The notes: a model not told the origin generated them from the letters alone. DNA of 36,183 nt from Hadesarchaea archaeon DG-33 (GCA_001515185.1 LQHI01000062.1:1-36183); one strand, 5' to 3'; shown: positions 25,960 through 36,146, counted from the first letter of the stretch. Program-made: numbers and translations.

Positions 25960-27155
25960 AGGCGATCGAAAAGCCAGCGGCGTTTGGGCCTGACTTAGAT
26001 GTGGAGGCTTTCAAAAGAGAAACTTCCTATTGGCCCGCATGTAAGATTTCGACGCTGCCCCGAGATATAGCCCAAAGAGCATTGAGCGTTGGCATTAGTA
26101 CTGAGGAAAAGGAAAGAGCGGGCACATATTTTCAAATAGATCACTCTGCGATTCTTCAAACAATTCGAGAAACTTTCAGCGGAAAAGCTGAGATAATGAG
26201 CACCAAAAAAGCCCTCAAAAAATACCGCTGGGCCAAGGAGTACTGGTGGGAAATTGTTGACGCCAATACCGACAAATTCACCGCTTTAGCCAAGCTAAAG
26301 TGGGACCAAGGCTATTTCATCCGAGTGTTGGAAGGCCAAAAAATCACTATCCCCCTGCAAGCGTGCCTTTTCATCTCGAAAGACAATTTCAACCAAAACG
26401 TTCACAACTTGATAATAGCAGAACCCAACTCGGAAGCTCAGATAATAACTGGCTGCACGGTCCACCCAAACGTTCAAAGCGGTCTGCATGTGGGCATTTC
26501 CGAATTTTACGTGCAGAAAAACGCGAAGCTCACTTTCACCATGATTCACAACTGGGCCCAAAATTTCAATGTTCGACCTCGAACCGCGGCCCTCGTGGAC
26601 GATGATGCAACATTTGTGAGCAATTACATGTGTATGAAACCGGTGAAAAGCCTTCAAATGTACCCTGTTGCTTACTGCAAGGGAGCTAACTCGAGAGTCA
26701 GATTCAATACAATCCTACACGGGAACCAAAATTCCCATTTAGATGTGGGCTCGAAAGTGGTCCTCCAAGGCAAAGGGAGCAGGGGGGAAATCATCACGCG
26801 GGCGATAGCCTCGGACAACGCACAGATAAATGCCCGTGGGCTATTGGTTGGGGAACATGAGGACAGCAAGGCGCATCTTGAATGCAGGGGACTTTTGCTC
26901 TCTGATGAAGCCTACATTCACGCGATTCCGGAGTTGGTAGGGAACGTGAAGGGGACCGAGCTTTCACATGAGGCTGCTGTAGGAAAGATAGCGGAAGAGC
27001 AGATTCAGTACTTGATGGCGAGGGGTTTCTCGCAGACTGAGGCCGAATCGCTGATTATCCGAGGGTTCATGGATATTAACATCTTCGGACTTCCAGATGC
27101 CCTAAAAAGGGATGTCAAGCGGATGATAGATGCAACCTTCGGTGGAGCTTTGTAA
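25932..27155 (+). CDS. sufB: Fe-S assembly scaffold SufB/SufD family (SmsB-type)
   Basis: PLQAC, QNVHN, HLECRGLL, LSHEAAVGKI, YLMARG. Confidence 0.93.
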   Translation: MPKGKKTTLKAIEKPAAFGPDLDVEAFKRETSYWPACKISTLPRDIAQRALSVGISTEEKERAGTYFQIDHSAILQTIRETFSGKAEIMSTKKALKKYRWAKEYWWEIVDANTDKFTALAKLKWDQGYFIRVLEGQKITIPLQACLFISKDNFNQNVHNLIIAEPNSEAQIITGCTVHPNVQSGLHVGISEFYVQKNAKLTFTMIHNWAQNFNVRPRTAALVDDDATFVSNYMCMKPVKSLQMYPVAYCKGANSRVRFNTILHGNQNSHLDVGSKVVLQGKGSRGEIITRAIASDNAQINARGLLVGEHEDSKAHLECRGLLLSDEAYIHAIPELVGNVKGTELSHEAAVGKIAEEQIQYLMARGFSQTEAESLIIRGFMDINIFGLPDALKRDVKRMIDATFGGAL

Positions 27156-27219
27156 GGTGGGGTGAAAAATATAAAAGTCAAAATTCTTAACTACACAGGT
27201 GACCTTGAAGGTGGATAAC

Positions 27220-27663
27220 ATGGTCGGATTTGAACCAAAAATCATCGTTTTTCTTTGCAATTTCTGCTCCTACGCTGCAGCTGACCTCGCTGGAACGAGT
27301 CGCATGCGTTATCCGCCTAGCGTCTACATCATCAGGCTGATGTGCACTGGGCGGCTAGATCCCGTTCACATTCTAGAAACTTTTAAACGAGGTGCGGATG
27401 GGGTGTTGGTCGCTGGATGCCACTTCGGAGACTGTCATTTCATCTCTGGAAACTACAAGGCTCAGCGGAGAGTTGCCCTGCTCAAGCGAATACTAGAGCA
27501 GTTAGGGGTAGAACCGGGGAGGCTCAAGTTCGAAACAATGTCAGCTGGAGAGGCTGAACGGTTCGTTAAAACTGTTACGGGATTTGTTGATGAGATTACA
27601 AAGTTGGGGCCTTGTAAAGTATCGACCCAAGTTTCTGAAAAAGTTTCATCACCAAGCCACTGA
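27220..27663 (+). CDS. mvhD: MvhD [2Fe-2S] subunit
   Basis: FLCNFCSYAAADLAG, MCTGR, GADGVLVAGCHFGDCHFISGN. ATG 27220 follows a GGTGGA SD. Confidence 0.94.
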   Translation: MVGFEPKIIVFLCNFCSYAAADLAGTSRMRYPPSVYIIRLMCTGRLDPVHILETFKRGADGVLVAGCHFGDCHFISGNYKAQRRVALLKRILEQLGVEPGRLKFETMSAGEAERFVKTVTGFVDEITKLGPCKVSTQVSEKVSSPSH

Positions 27664-27717
27664 TATTGAGTTATGAAAAAGCAATTCGAAGTTCAAAAGT
27701 ACGATGCATTATTTCTT

Positions 27718-28215
27718 TTAGGGGAGAACTCTCGACAAAAAACTTGATAAGCGCTCAACGGTTCCTTCCAATTCTTTTGTAAAACCTTCTCCAAAACTAG
27801 TGTCCTTTGGTTGCACGGCGAGCAAAGCGACCTTAGCACCAGTTGCCTCCGTTAGGAATTCTCGAAATATCTGATGAGTTAGAGCGTGAGTCAATACCGC
27901 TGGCCACGAGATCCGATTTAGTTCAATCAACCTTGAAGAACCAGGTTCTAGGCCTAGTTGAGCCGCGTTGACAAGTAGTATGTGGGTTGGCTTGAAGTGA
28001 ATAATCGGTTCTAAAAAATTCTCAGGGGACATTTCACACTCTATTAAATGAACCGATCGCGAAACTTTCCCTCGTAGTTTTTTCACGATTCCAACCCCTA
28101 TGAAATCATCTTTTCGAATCGAGCTTCCAATACCTGCGATGACAACCCTTCGGGCATCTAGAAGCCACTTCCTGAGTTTCTCGTTGAAATCATTTTGGAT
28201 CGCATATTTTTCCAT
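27718..28215 (-). CDS. hycI: Hydrogenase maturation endopeptidase (HycI-like)
   Basis: GIGSSIRKDDFIG, PENF, PTHILLVNAA, LTHAL, VQPK..FGE. Confidence 0.88.
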   Translation of the reverse strand: MEKYAIQNDFNEKLRKWLLDARRVVIAGIGSSIRKDDFIGVGIVKKLRGKVSRSVHLIECEMSPENFLEPIIHFKPTHILLVNAAQLGLEPGSSRLIELNRISWPAVLTHALTHQIFREFLTEATGAKVALLAVQPKDTSFGEGFTKELEGTVERLSSFLSRVLP

Positions 28216-28268
28216 TTGACTTCCCCGTTGGGATAGTTCGCTAACTTATGCGACACAAAAAGATATCC

Positions 28269-29756
28269 CTAAAAGTGTTTAAAGCCAAGAGGTTCTCTCA
28301 CAACGGTTTTTATTAAACTCCGACTATCATCGTATATTTTTATTTCAAGGGGCAAATCGCCTATGTGGCAGTGAGAGGCGCATGCTATACATGGATCATA
28401 AGCTCTCAAAGCCATCTCCACCATGTTTAGTAGCCCCTCGCTTACTTCTTTACCATGGATGAGCCCCTTCGCTGCATCCCTTACGGACATGCAGATGGAT
28501 GGATTGTTGCTGGTTGTAGGGACTATCAGATTTACCTTTTCGGTCAGGCCCTCTTCGTTAAGATTGTAATGGTGGATTAATGTGCCCCTCGCCGCTTCGA
28601 CTATTCCGATTCCTTCTCCCGGGGCACCTGGCTCGTTTCGAATTTCCTTGCTCGTTATCTCTTCGTCTTGACTGAGATCTAGGCATCTTTCGGCCGCATA
28701 AAGTATTTCTATCAGCCTAGCCCAGTGGAACGCGAGAGTTGAGTGAACGGGCTTCCCGCCTAGGGTTTCGTACATCCTCTCATACTCTTGCTGGGCTAGG
28801 GGGGTTGCCATACCATCCGCGGCGTTCAGTCTGGCCAAGGGACCAACTCTGTAAACCCCACTGCTAGGTCCATCCCTCAAGCCTTTCCATCCGATTTTTT
28901 TGAGATAAGGCAGTTTTACGTAACTCCATTCCTCAACGTGCTCCTCGATGATGTCCAAGTACTCGGATGGATCAAACTTCACGAACTCTTGGCCCCCGGG
29001 ATTAACCACACGTATTTTGCCATCGTAAAAGTTGACCTTGTTGTTTGGGTCTACTAGCCCCATGTAATAGGTCTTTAAAGTGTAAGCGTCACTCATAATC
29101 AGATCAACATATTTCTCATTTTTCAATACAACATCGTCGAATAACTTCAAGCTAAACTTGGCAAATTCAATGTAGGACTTCGCTATCTTTTCGATTTCTT
29201 TCCTTTCTTCCTCCGTCAACGGCTTGGACATGCCCCCCGGAAGCCCGCAAACCGGGTGGGTCGCCTTTCCACCGATTATCTCGGTGATTTTTTGTCCGTA
29301 AGCCCGATGCTTTATCACTTCCTTGGCGACGTTTAAGCCGACCTTTTTGATCATACCGAAAATGTTTCTTTCCTCAGGGGGGGCATCGGGCCCCACAACG
29401 AAGTCCGGCGCAGCTAGGAAGTAGAAGTGGAGGATGTGATCGTACATGAAGTAGCCGCTGTACATGAGCTCCCGAAGTTTTTTCGCAGCTGGAGGGGGAT
29501 CCACACAAAACGCCGTATCCAAAGCTTTCGTAGAAGCGAGATGATGGGCAACTGGACATACCCCGCAAATTCTTGAGAGCAGTTGTGGGAGATCTTCAGC
29601 TTTCCTTCCCTCACAGAATCTTTCAAAACCCCTGAGTTCAGGGATCTGTAAATAGGCGTTTTTCACTTCCCCTTTCTCATCTTGAAATATCACTATTTTT
29701 GCATGACCCTCAAGCCTCGTAACGGGCTCTATGCTTATTGTCTTAAATCCGCTCAT
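28269..29756 (-). CDS. mvhA: Group 3c [NiFe]-hydrogenase large subunit
   Basis: PVTRLEGH, RGFE, L1 RICGVC, EAARG, L2 YDPCIACASH followed by a cleavable C-terminal tail. Confidence 0.95.
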   Translation of the reverse strand: MSGFKTISIEPVTRLEGHAKIVIFQDEKGEVKNAYLQIPELRGFERFCEGRKAEDLPQLLSRICGVCPVAHHLASTKALDTAFCVDPPPAAKKLRELMYSGYFMYDHILHFYFLAAPDFVVGPDAPPEERNIFGMIKKVGLNVAKEVIKHRAYGQKITEIIGGKATHPVCGLPGGMSKPLTEEERKEIEKIAKSYIEFAKFSLKLFDDVVLKNEKYVDLIMSDAYTLKTYYMGLVDPNNKVNFYDGKIRVVNPGGQEFVKFDPSEYLDIIEEHVEEWSYVKLPYLKKIGWKGLRDGPSSGVYRVGPLARLNAADGMATPLAQQEYERMYETLGGKPVHSTLAFHWARLIEILYAAERCLDLSQDEEITSKEIRNEPGAPGEGIGIVEAARGTLIHHYNLNEEGLTEKVNLIVPTTSNNPSICMSVRDAAKGLIHGKEVSEGLLNMVEMALRAYDPCIACASHCHIGDLPLEIKIYDDSRSLIKTVVREPLGFKHF

Positions 29757-30745
29757 TTCCGAATCCTCCTTCGGATGAGGGCTGCCGGCAGCGAGTACCA
29801 GTAAAAAGTCCCTAGGGGATCTTTGATTTGGTTGATCAATTTTTCGGCATCATATGATTCTCCTTTTTCCTCATCCAATCCGAGGATCGAAGAGAGAGCA
29901 CTTATCATGGACGCTCCCTGCTCGATTTCATTGGGACATGGACCCCCGCATCCTGTACAAGGCATATTCGCGTTGATGCATCGTGCCTCGCACCCTCCAC
30001 GGGTTGCAGGCCCCATGCATATTATCCCTTGCTCCAAAAAGCATTTTTCCGGATCCGGCGTGATTTCGTGTACCCGATATAACTTGGAGATACCCTTCTC
30101 TTTTTTTTCCCTCGGGCATTCATCGCAAACCGATTTCTCGGGAGCTAACACCGAACCTTTCGCGGGCAACTCATTTTTGGCTATGGCTTCCACGGCTTTC
30201 ACTATCAAGTTTGGGTGCGGAGGACAACCGGGGATGTAGTAGTCCACCTCCACGGTTTGATCTAGCGTCCTCACAGTATCATAAAACTCGGGCAGGGTTA
30301 GTTCCCCGCATTCGACTTTAACAGCAGTTTTAGGGGTTGTGATATCAGGATTTTTTGTTGATGGAGTTCGAATGTATACCTTCTCGAAAATCTCTTTTTT
30401 GTTCGAAATGTTCGCAAGACCTGGAACGCCACCTAGGTGAGCGCAGGCGCCAAACGCTATCAAAAGCTTTGACTTCCGCCTCAGAAGTTTGGCCATGTGT
30501 TCTTGCTCTTCAGTCCTGACCGAACCATTAAAGAAACAGACGTCTATGCTCTTGTCCGGCATCGCGTCTACGTCCTTGTACTTGACGTCCATAGCAACAG
30601 GCCAAAAGACCACCTCAGCGATGGTAACCACATCCAGAATCTTCTCGTTTATATCGAGAACCGCGATCTCACAGCCTCCACAACTGCCAGCCCAGTAGAA
30701 GGCAAATTTCAACTTTTTTGGTTCCTCACTCCTTATTTTTTTCAA
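29753..30745 (-). CDS. mvhG: Group 3c [NiFe]-hydrogenase small subunit
   Basis: SCGGC, GACA..GG, PGCPP, CDEC, CMGP.TRGGC...C...NMPCTGC. Confidence 0.95.
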   Translation of the reverse strand: MKKIRSEEPKKLKFAFYWAGSCGGCEIAVLDINEKILDVVTIAEVVFWPVAMDVKYKDVDAMPDKSIDVCFFNGSVRTEEQEHMAKLLRRKSKLLIAFGACAHLGGVPGLANISNKKEIFEKVYIRTPSTKNPDITTPKTAVKVECGELTLPEFYDTVRTLDQTVEVDYYIPGCPPHPNLIVKAVEAIAKNELPAKGSVLAPEKSVCDECPREKKEKGISKLYRVHEITPDPEKCFLEQGIICMGPATRGGCEARCINANMPCTGCGGPCPNEIEQGASMISALSSILGLDEEKGESYDAEKLINQIKDPLGTFYWYSLPAALIRRRIRK

Positions 30746-30843
30746 ACGGCCACCTCAACCTTTTAGTCAGGACGACTTTTAAACCATGATGGTAATAAGT
30801 AAAAAGATTAAATCAAGGTGGAATTCACTACTAGCGTGATTTC

Positions 30844-32802
30844 ATGGGAGATAGAAACGTGAAAACAGGCGTGTACATTTGTCATTGTGGGTTAAATATA
30901 GCTGCTACCGTTGACGTTGAAGAAGTGGTGAAACATGCTAAGTCTTTGCCAAATGTGGTGATCGCTAGGGATTATAAGTACATGTGCTCTGACCCAGGAC
31001 AGGAGTTAATCAAGAAGGATATAGAGGAAGCCGGACTCAATCGTGTAGTCGTGGCGAGCTGTTCTCCAAGGATGCACGAACCCACATTCAGAAAGGTCGT
31101 GGAAGATAAGAAACTTAACCCCTACTGCTTCGAGATGGCGAATATAAGAGAGCAGTGTTCTTGGGTCCATGAAGACAAAGAAAAAGCCACTGAAAAGGCC
31201 AAGAAATTGATTGCAGGCGCTGTGGCAAGAGCTACCGAACTTCAGCCGCTAGAGAGGAGAGAAGTAGATGTAATACCGAAAGCTTTGGTGATTGGAGGAG
31301 GAATTGCCGGGATTCAAGCGGCATTGGAGATAGCGGAAAATGGGATATACACATACCTCGTGGAGCGCTCACCCTCCATCGGGGGAAGGATGGCCCAACT
31401 CGACAAAACCTTTCCAACCCTAGATTGCTCTGCGTGCATCCTTACTCCCAAGATGGTGGACGTGAGCAGACATCCAAACATAGAACTCTTGAGTTATTCA
31501 GAGGTAGAGAGCGTTGAAGGCTACATCGGAAATTTCAAGGTGAAGGTTAAGAAAAAGCCAAGATATATCGACGAGGAAAAGTGCATCGGTTGTGGAGAAT
31601 GTGCTAAAGCTTGCTTGCTGAAGGGAAAGATTCCAAATGAATTCGATCTGAGTTTAGGAAAGAGGGGGGCAGCCTACATACCGTTTCCGCAGGCTGTGCC
31701 TTTGAAATACCTGATAGATCCTAAGCGTTGCCTATACCTTACGAGGGGAGTATGCGGGAAAAAGCCTGCTTGTAAAGCAGCGTGCCTCCGTGACGCTATC
31801 GATTTTGAACAACAAGAAAAGTCCATTGAACTCGAAGTAGGCGCGATAGTGGTCGCCACGGGCTTTGACTTGTTTGATCCCTCTCAGCTGCCTGAGTACG
31901 GGTACGGGAAGTACCCGGAGGTGATTACGGGGCTCGAGTTCGAGAGACTTAGCTCGGCTTCCGGTCCGACCAACGGAAAGATCGAAGTAAACGGGAAGGA
32001 GCCCAAGCGGGTGGCCTTCATCTCCTGCGTGGGGAGCAGGAAGAAAGAGACGAATCCCTATTGCTCACGGGTCTGCTGCATGTACACGGTCAAGCATGCT
32101 CACCTCGTTAAGGAGAAAATTCCGGATGCTGAAGTGACGATATACTACACGGATGTCAGGGCTTTTGGTAAGGGGTACGAGGAGTTCTACGATCGGGTCA
32201 AAGCTGAGGGGGTTAAATACAAGCGAAGGGAGCTGGACGACGAGATAAAGGTGAGCAAGAAAAGTGACAGACTCGTTGTGGACGCGAAGCCTCACGAGCC
32301 CGAAGAAGTAGACCTCGTGGTGCTGGCGAATGCAATAGTCCCGAGATCTGGAGTCTTAGAACTCGCCAGAACTTTGAACATTACCCGCGGTCCGGACGGC
32401 TTTTTCCTAGAAGCCCACCCAAAGCTTAGGCCAGTCGATACTTTTAGCGACGGTATTTTCCTTGCCGGCTGTGCCCAATCGCCCAAAGATATCCCGGATA
32501 CGGTAGCACAAGCAAGCGGCGCAGGCGCTAAAGCCTCTATACCTCTGGCAGCGGGAAAAGTCGCGATAGAGCCGATAGTAGCAATTGTGGACGAGGATCT
32601 ATGCAGCGGTTGTAGAGTGTGTGAACACCTTTGCGAGTTTAATGCCTTTGAATATGATAGAGAAAAACGCTTGGTGAGACTCAACGAAGTGCTTTGCAAG
32701 GGTTGCGGGGTTTGTGTAGCCGCTTGTCCGTCTAAGGCTATCTCTATGAAACATTACACGGACGTTCAACTTTCCGCTCAATTGGCAGGCCTGATATCAT
32801 GA
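30844..32802 (+). CDS. hdrA: Heterodisulfide reductase subunit A
   Basis: GVYICHCG, CSPRMHE, NIREQCSW, GGGIAG, KTFPTLDCSAC, CSRVCCMY, C-terminal ferredoxin. Confidence 0.96.
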   Translation: MGDRNVKTGVYICHCGLNIAATVDVEEVVKHAKSLPNVVIARDYKYMCSDPGQELIKKDIEEAGLNRVVVASCSPRMHEPTFRKVVEDKKLNPYCFEMANIREQCSWVHEDKEKATEKAKKLIAGAVARATELQPLERREVDVIPKALVIGGGIAGIQAALEIAENGIYTYLVERSPSIGGRMAQLDKTFPTLDCSACILTPKMVDVSRHPNIELLSYSEVESVEGYIGNFKVKVKKKPRYIDEEKCIGCGECAKACLLKGKIPNEFDLSLGKRGAAYIPFPQAVPLKYLIDPKRCLYLTRGVCGKKPACKAACLRDAIDFEQQEKSIELEVGAIVVATGFDLFDPSQLPEYGYGKYPEVITGLEFERLSSASGPTNGKIEVNGKEPKRVAFISCVGSRKKETNPYCSRVCCMYTVKHAHLVKEKIPDAEVTIYYTDVRAFGKGYEEFYDRVKAEGVKYKRRELDDEIKVSKKSDRLVVDAKPHEPEEVDLVVLANAIVPRSGVLELARTLNITRGPDGFFLEAHPKLRPVDTFSDGIFLAGCAQSPKDIPDTVAQASGAGAKASIPLAAGKVAIEPIVAIVDEDLCSGCRVCEHLCEFNAFEYDREKRLVRLNEVLCKGCGVCVAACPSKAISMKHYTDVQLSAQLAGLIS

Positions 32803-33397
32803 AAATCGGCGTCTATATCTGTCATTGCGGGACCAACATTGCGAAGACCGTGGATGTCGAAAAAGTCGCTGGTACCGTAGGAAAGCATCCAAGAGTGAAA
32901 GTCTCTAAACACTACGAATACATGTGCTCAGAACCCGGCCAGCAATTAATCAAAGACGATATTCGCAGGGAGAAGTTAGACAGAATAGTAGTGGCATCTT
33001 GTTCGCCCAGAATGCATGAGCCTACTTTTCGCAACGTCGTCGAAGAAGCGGGGTTGAACCCTTACTGTTTCGAGATGGTGAATATAAGAGAACAATGCTC
33101 GTGGGTTCATGAAGAAAAAGAAGAAGCTACGAGAAAAGCGCTGGAACTCATCCTAGCAGGTGTAAGCAGAGCTGTAGAGCTCGAAAGCTTGGAAAGAAAA
33201 GAAATTTCCGTGATACCCCAGGCCGCCGTAATAGGCGGAGGCATAGCCGGGATGCAAGCTGCCCTCGACATCGCGGACAGGGGCTTCAAAGTATACCTCG
33301 TGGAGCGCTCACCCTCCATCGGGGGAAGGATGGCCCAACTTGACAAAACCTTTCCAACCCTAGATTGCTCTGCGTGCATCCTTACCCCCAAGATGGT
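31353..33397 (+). repeat. Near-identical 105-nt blocks in the two hdrA genes (31353-31457 and 33293-33397)
   Basis: Manual alignment shows 2 mismatches. Confidence 0.9.
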
Positions 33398-35409
33398 AGA
33401 TGTAAAATGGCATCCAAACATAGAGCTCCTGACTTATTCAGAGGTCGAGGGCGTCGAGGGTTATGTAGGTAACTTTAGAGTAAAAGTAAAGAAAAAGCCT
33501 AGATATGTGGACCTAGAAAAGTGTACTGGATGTGGAGAATGCACCGACGTATGCTCTGTGGAACTGCCAAACGAGTTTGATTTTGGGCTCAGCAGCAGAA
33601 AAGCGATTTACATGCCATTTCCACAAGCAGTCCCGCCTAAATATACTATCGATAAACGGGGATTGCAGCCATGTAGAGACGCGTGCCCTGCAGGTGTCGG
33701 CGCACCTGGTTACGTAATGCTCGCCAGCCGCGGTAAATTCTATGAAGCACTTCAGGTTATAAAAGAGAAACTTCCGTTTCCATCTATATGCGGTAGGGTT
33801 TGTCACAGACCTTGCGAAAAGGCATGTACAAGAAAGGATATAGATGAGCCACTAGGTATAGCACATATTAAACGTTTTGTCGGAGATTTAGAGCTCAAGA
33901 GCCCTGCTGCAGAATTTCCGCCTATAAAAACGAGGGCAGAAAATGTGGCTATAGTCGGAGGAGGACCTGCTGGCTTAACTGCTGCTCATGACCTTGCTAT
34001 GAAAGGATACCATATAACAATATATGAAAGTGCGCCCGTGCTTGGCGGTATGATGCGGTTTGGTATTCCTACTTTTAGACTGCCGAAAGAAATTCTTGAA
34101 AGAGAGATATCTGACATTCTTGCGCTAAGAGTTAAAGTGCATCTGAACACGACGATAGGCAAAAATTTGACTATAAAGGGCTTATTCGACCGTGGTTATA
34201 AAGCGATTTTTTTAGCTGTGGGCGCTCAAAAAGGTAGAAAAATGGATGTACCTGGCGAAGAACTTGAAGGTGTACTCCAAGCTACTGAGTTCTTGAAAGA
34301 GCTGAATTTAGGTGAGACTCCTAAACTAGGCGATAAGGTAATTGTCGTTGGTGGAGGTAATGCAGCATTAGACACAGCACGTTCTGCTTTGAGGTTAGGT
34401 GCTAAGGAAGTTATCATAATGTATCGCAGATCTCGTGTAGAAATGCCTGCAGAACCTGAATGGGAAATTGACGAGACAAAGCGCGAAGGCGTGAAATTCG
34501 TCTATCTTACCACACCAACAAAAGTCATAGGTGAAAACGAGCATATCAAAGCAATTGAATGCGTCAAGATGAAATTGACAGAGCCTGATGAAACTGGTAG
34601 AAGAAAAGTTAGACCTATCCCTGGCTCTGAGTTTATGATGGAAGCGGATAGCCTGATATTAGCTATCGGGCAGGAAGTGGATTTGAGTTTCTTAACCAAG
34701 GATATCAATTTAGAATGTAATCCTTGGAGGACTGTCAAGGTTGACCCTGTATCGTTAGCAACCAATATAGAAGGCGTTTTTTGTGGCGGCGATGCTGTGT
34801 TAGGTGCTGGGACTGTTATAGAAGCAATTGCTGCTGGAAAAGAAGCTGCAATTTCCATTGATAGATACATCAATGGGAAAAACCTGAAAGAAGGCCGTGG
34901 GATAAAACCAAAAATCGCTGAGGTGTCATTAGAAGGTGTTAAAAAGGAACGCAAAGTGCCCATGCGATATCTGCCGATTGAGGAGAGGAAAAACAACTTT
35001 CGAGAAGTCGAGTTGGGTTATACTGAAGAAGAAGTGATTAAAGAAGCAAAACGGTGTTTGCAGTGTGGCGGATGTTCCGAGTGTCTTGAATGTGAAAAAG
35101 CATGTGAGGCCAAAGCCATTGTTCATAATCAAAAAGAGGAATCAATCGAACTCGAGGTTGGCGCTATAGTCGTGGCCACAGGCTTCGATCAATTCGATTC
35201 TTCCAAGCTCCCCGAGTATGGCTACGGGAAATATTCGGAAGTCATCACGGGGCTTGAGTTCGAGAGACTTAGCTCGGCTTCCGGCCCGACCAACGGAAAA
35301 ATCGAAATAAACGGGAAGGAGCCGAAGCGGGTGGCATTCATCTCCTGTGTTGGGAGCAGGAAGAAAGAGACGAATCCCTATTGCTCACGGGTCTGCTGCA
35401 TGTACACGG
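31927..35409 (+). repeat. Near-identical 163-nt blocks in the two hdrA genes (31927-32089 and 35247-35409)
   Basis: Manual alignment shows about 8 mismatches, mostly at third codon positions. Confidence 0.88.
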
Positions 35410-36146
35410 CCAAGCAGGCTCACTTAGTCAGGGAAAAGCTTCCCGAAGCCGAAGTGACTGTATACTACACGGATGCCAGAACTTTCGGCAAGGGGTACGA
35501 GGAGTTCTACGATCGGGTCAAGGCCGAGGGAGTGAAGTACAAGCGCAGGGAGCTGGACGACGAGATAATAGTCAGCAAAAAGAGCGATAGACTCGTGGTC
35601 GAAGCAAAACCCTACAAGCCCGAGGAAGTGGATCTCGTGGTGTTAGCCAGCGCTATAGTCCCCAGCTCTGGATCCTCTGAGCTAGCCAGGATCTTGAACA
35701 TCAGCCAAGGCCCTGATGGCTTCTTCCTCGAGGCCCACCCAAAGCTGAGGCCGGTGAATACCTTTAGCGACGGAATCTTCCTAGCCGGCTGTGCCCAATC
35801 GCCCAAGGACATCCCCGACACGGTAGCACAAGCATCAGCGAGCGCAGCTGAGGTTTGCTCTTTGTTAACAAAAGGCACGGTGGTGGCCGAAGGAATTGTA
35901 GCCTCGGTCGATGAGAATTTGTGCGCTGGTTGCGGTTTCTGTGCCGAGGTTTGTCCCATAGATGCAATAGAACTCGAGACGGTAGAGAGGAAAGGGTCAA
36001 TATCAAAAATAGCCAAGGTAAATGAAGCGCTATGTAAAGGTTGTGGCATATGCTCCGCAGCCTGTCTTTCGGGAGCCATCCAACAGCGCCACTTTGAAGA
36101 CAAACAAGTATTGCCCTTGATCGATGCGTTGGGTGAGCAAAGTTGA
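32799..36146 (+). CDS. HdrA-like protein with an inserted GltD/NfnB-like FAD/NAD(P)H module (HdrL-type)
   Basis: Full HdrA framework plus an insert at about 33654-35072 containing PCRDACP, CGRVC.RPCE..C, VGGGPAG, VGGGNAA..YRRS and EAKRCLQC. Confidence 0.92.
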   Translation: MKIGVYICHCGTNIAKTVDVEKVAGTVGKHPRVKVSKHYEYMCSEPGQQLIKDDIRREKLDRIVVASCSPRMHEPTFRNVVEEAGLNPYCFEMVNIREQCSWVHEEKEEATRKALELILAGVSRAVELESLERKEISVIPQAAVIGGGIAGMQAALDIADRGFKVYLVERSPSIGGRMAQLDKTFPTLDCSACILTPKMVDVKWHPNIELLTYSEVEGVEGYVGNFRVKVKKKPRYVDLEKCTGCGECTDVCSVELPNEFDFGLSSRKAIYMPFPQAVPPKYTIDKRGLQPCRDACPAGVGAPGYVMLASRGKFYEALQVIKEKLPFPSICGRVCHRPCEKACTRKDIDEPLGIAHIKRFVGDLELKSPAAEFPPIKTRAENVAIVGGGPAGLTAAHDLAMKGYHITIYESAPVLGGMMRFGIPTFRLPKEILEREISDILALRVKVHLNTTIGKNLTIKGLFDRGYKAIFLAVGAQKGRKMDVPGEELEGVLQATEFLKELNLGETPKLGDKVIVVGGGNAALDTARSALRLGAKEVIIMYRRSRVEMPAEPEWEIDETKREGVKFVYLTTPTKVIGENEHIKAIECVKMKLTEPDETGRRKVRPIPGSEFMMEADSLILAIGQEVDLSFLTKDINLECNPWRTVKVDPVSLATNIEGVFCGGDAVLGAGTVIEAIAAGKEAAISIDRYINGKNLKEGRGIKPKIAEVSLEGVKKERKVPMRYLPIEERKNNFREVELGYTEEEVIKEAKRCLQCGGCSECLECEKACEAKAIVHNQKEESIELEVGAIVVATGFDQFDSSKLPEYGYGKYSEVITGLEFERLSSASGPTNGKIEINGKEPKRVAFISCVGSRKKETNPYCSRVCCMYTAKQAHLVREKLPEAEVTVYYTDARTFGKGYEEFYDRVKAEGVKYKRRELDDEIIVSKKSDRLVVEAKPYKPEEVDLVVLASAIVPSSGSSELARILNISQGPDGFFLEAHPKLRPVNTFSDGIFLAGCAQSPKDIPDTVAQASASAAEVCSLLTKGTVVAEGIVASVDENLCAGCGFCAEVCPIDAIELETVERKGSISKIAKVNEALCKGCGICSAACLSGAIQQRHFEDKQVLPLIDALGEQS

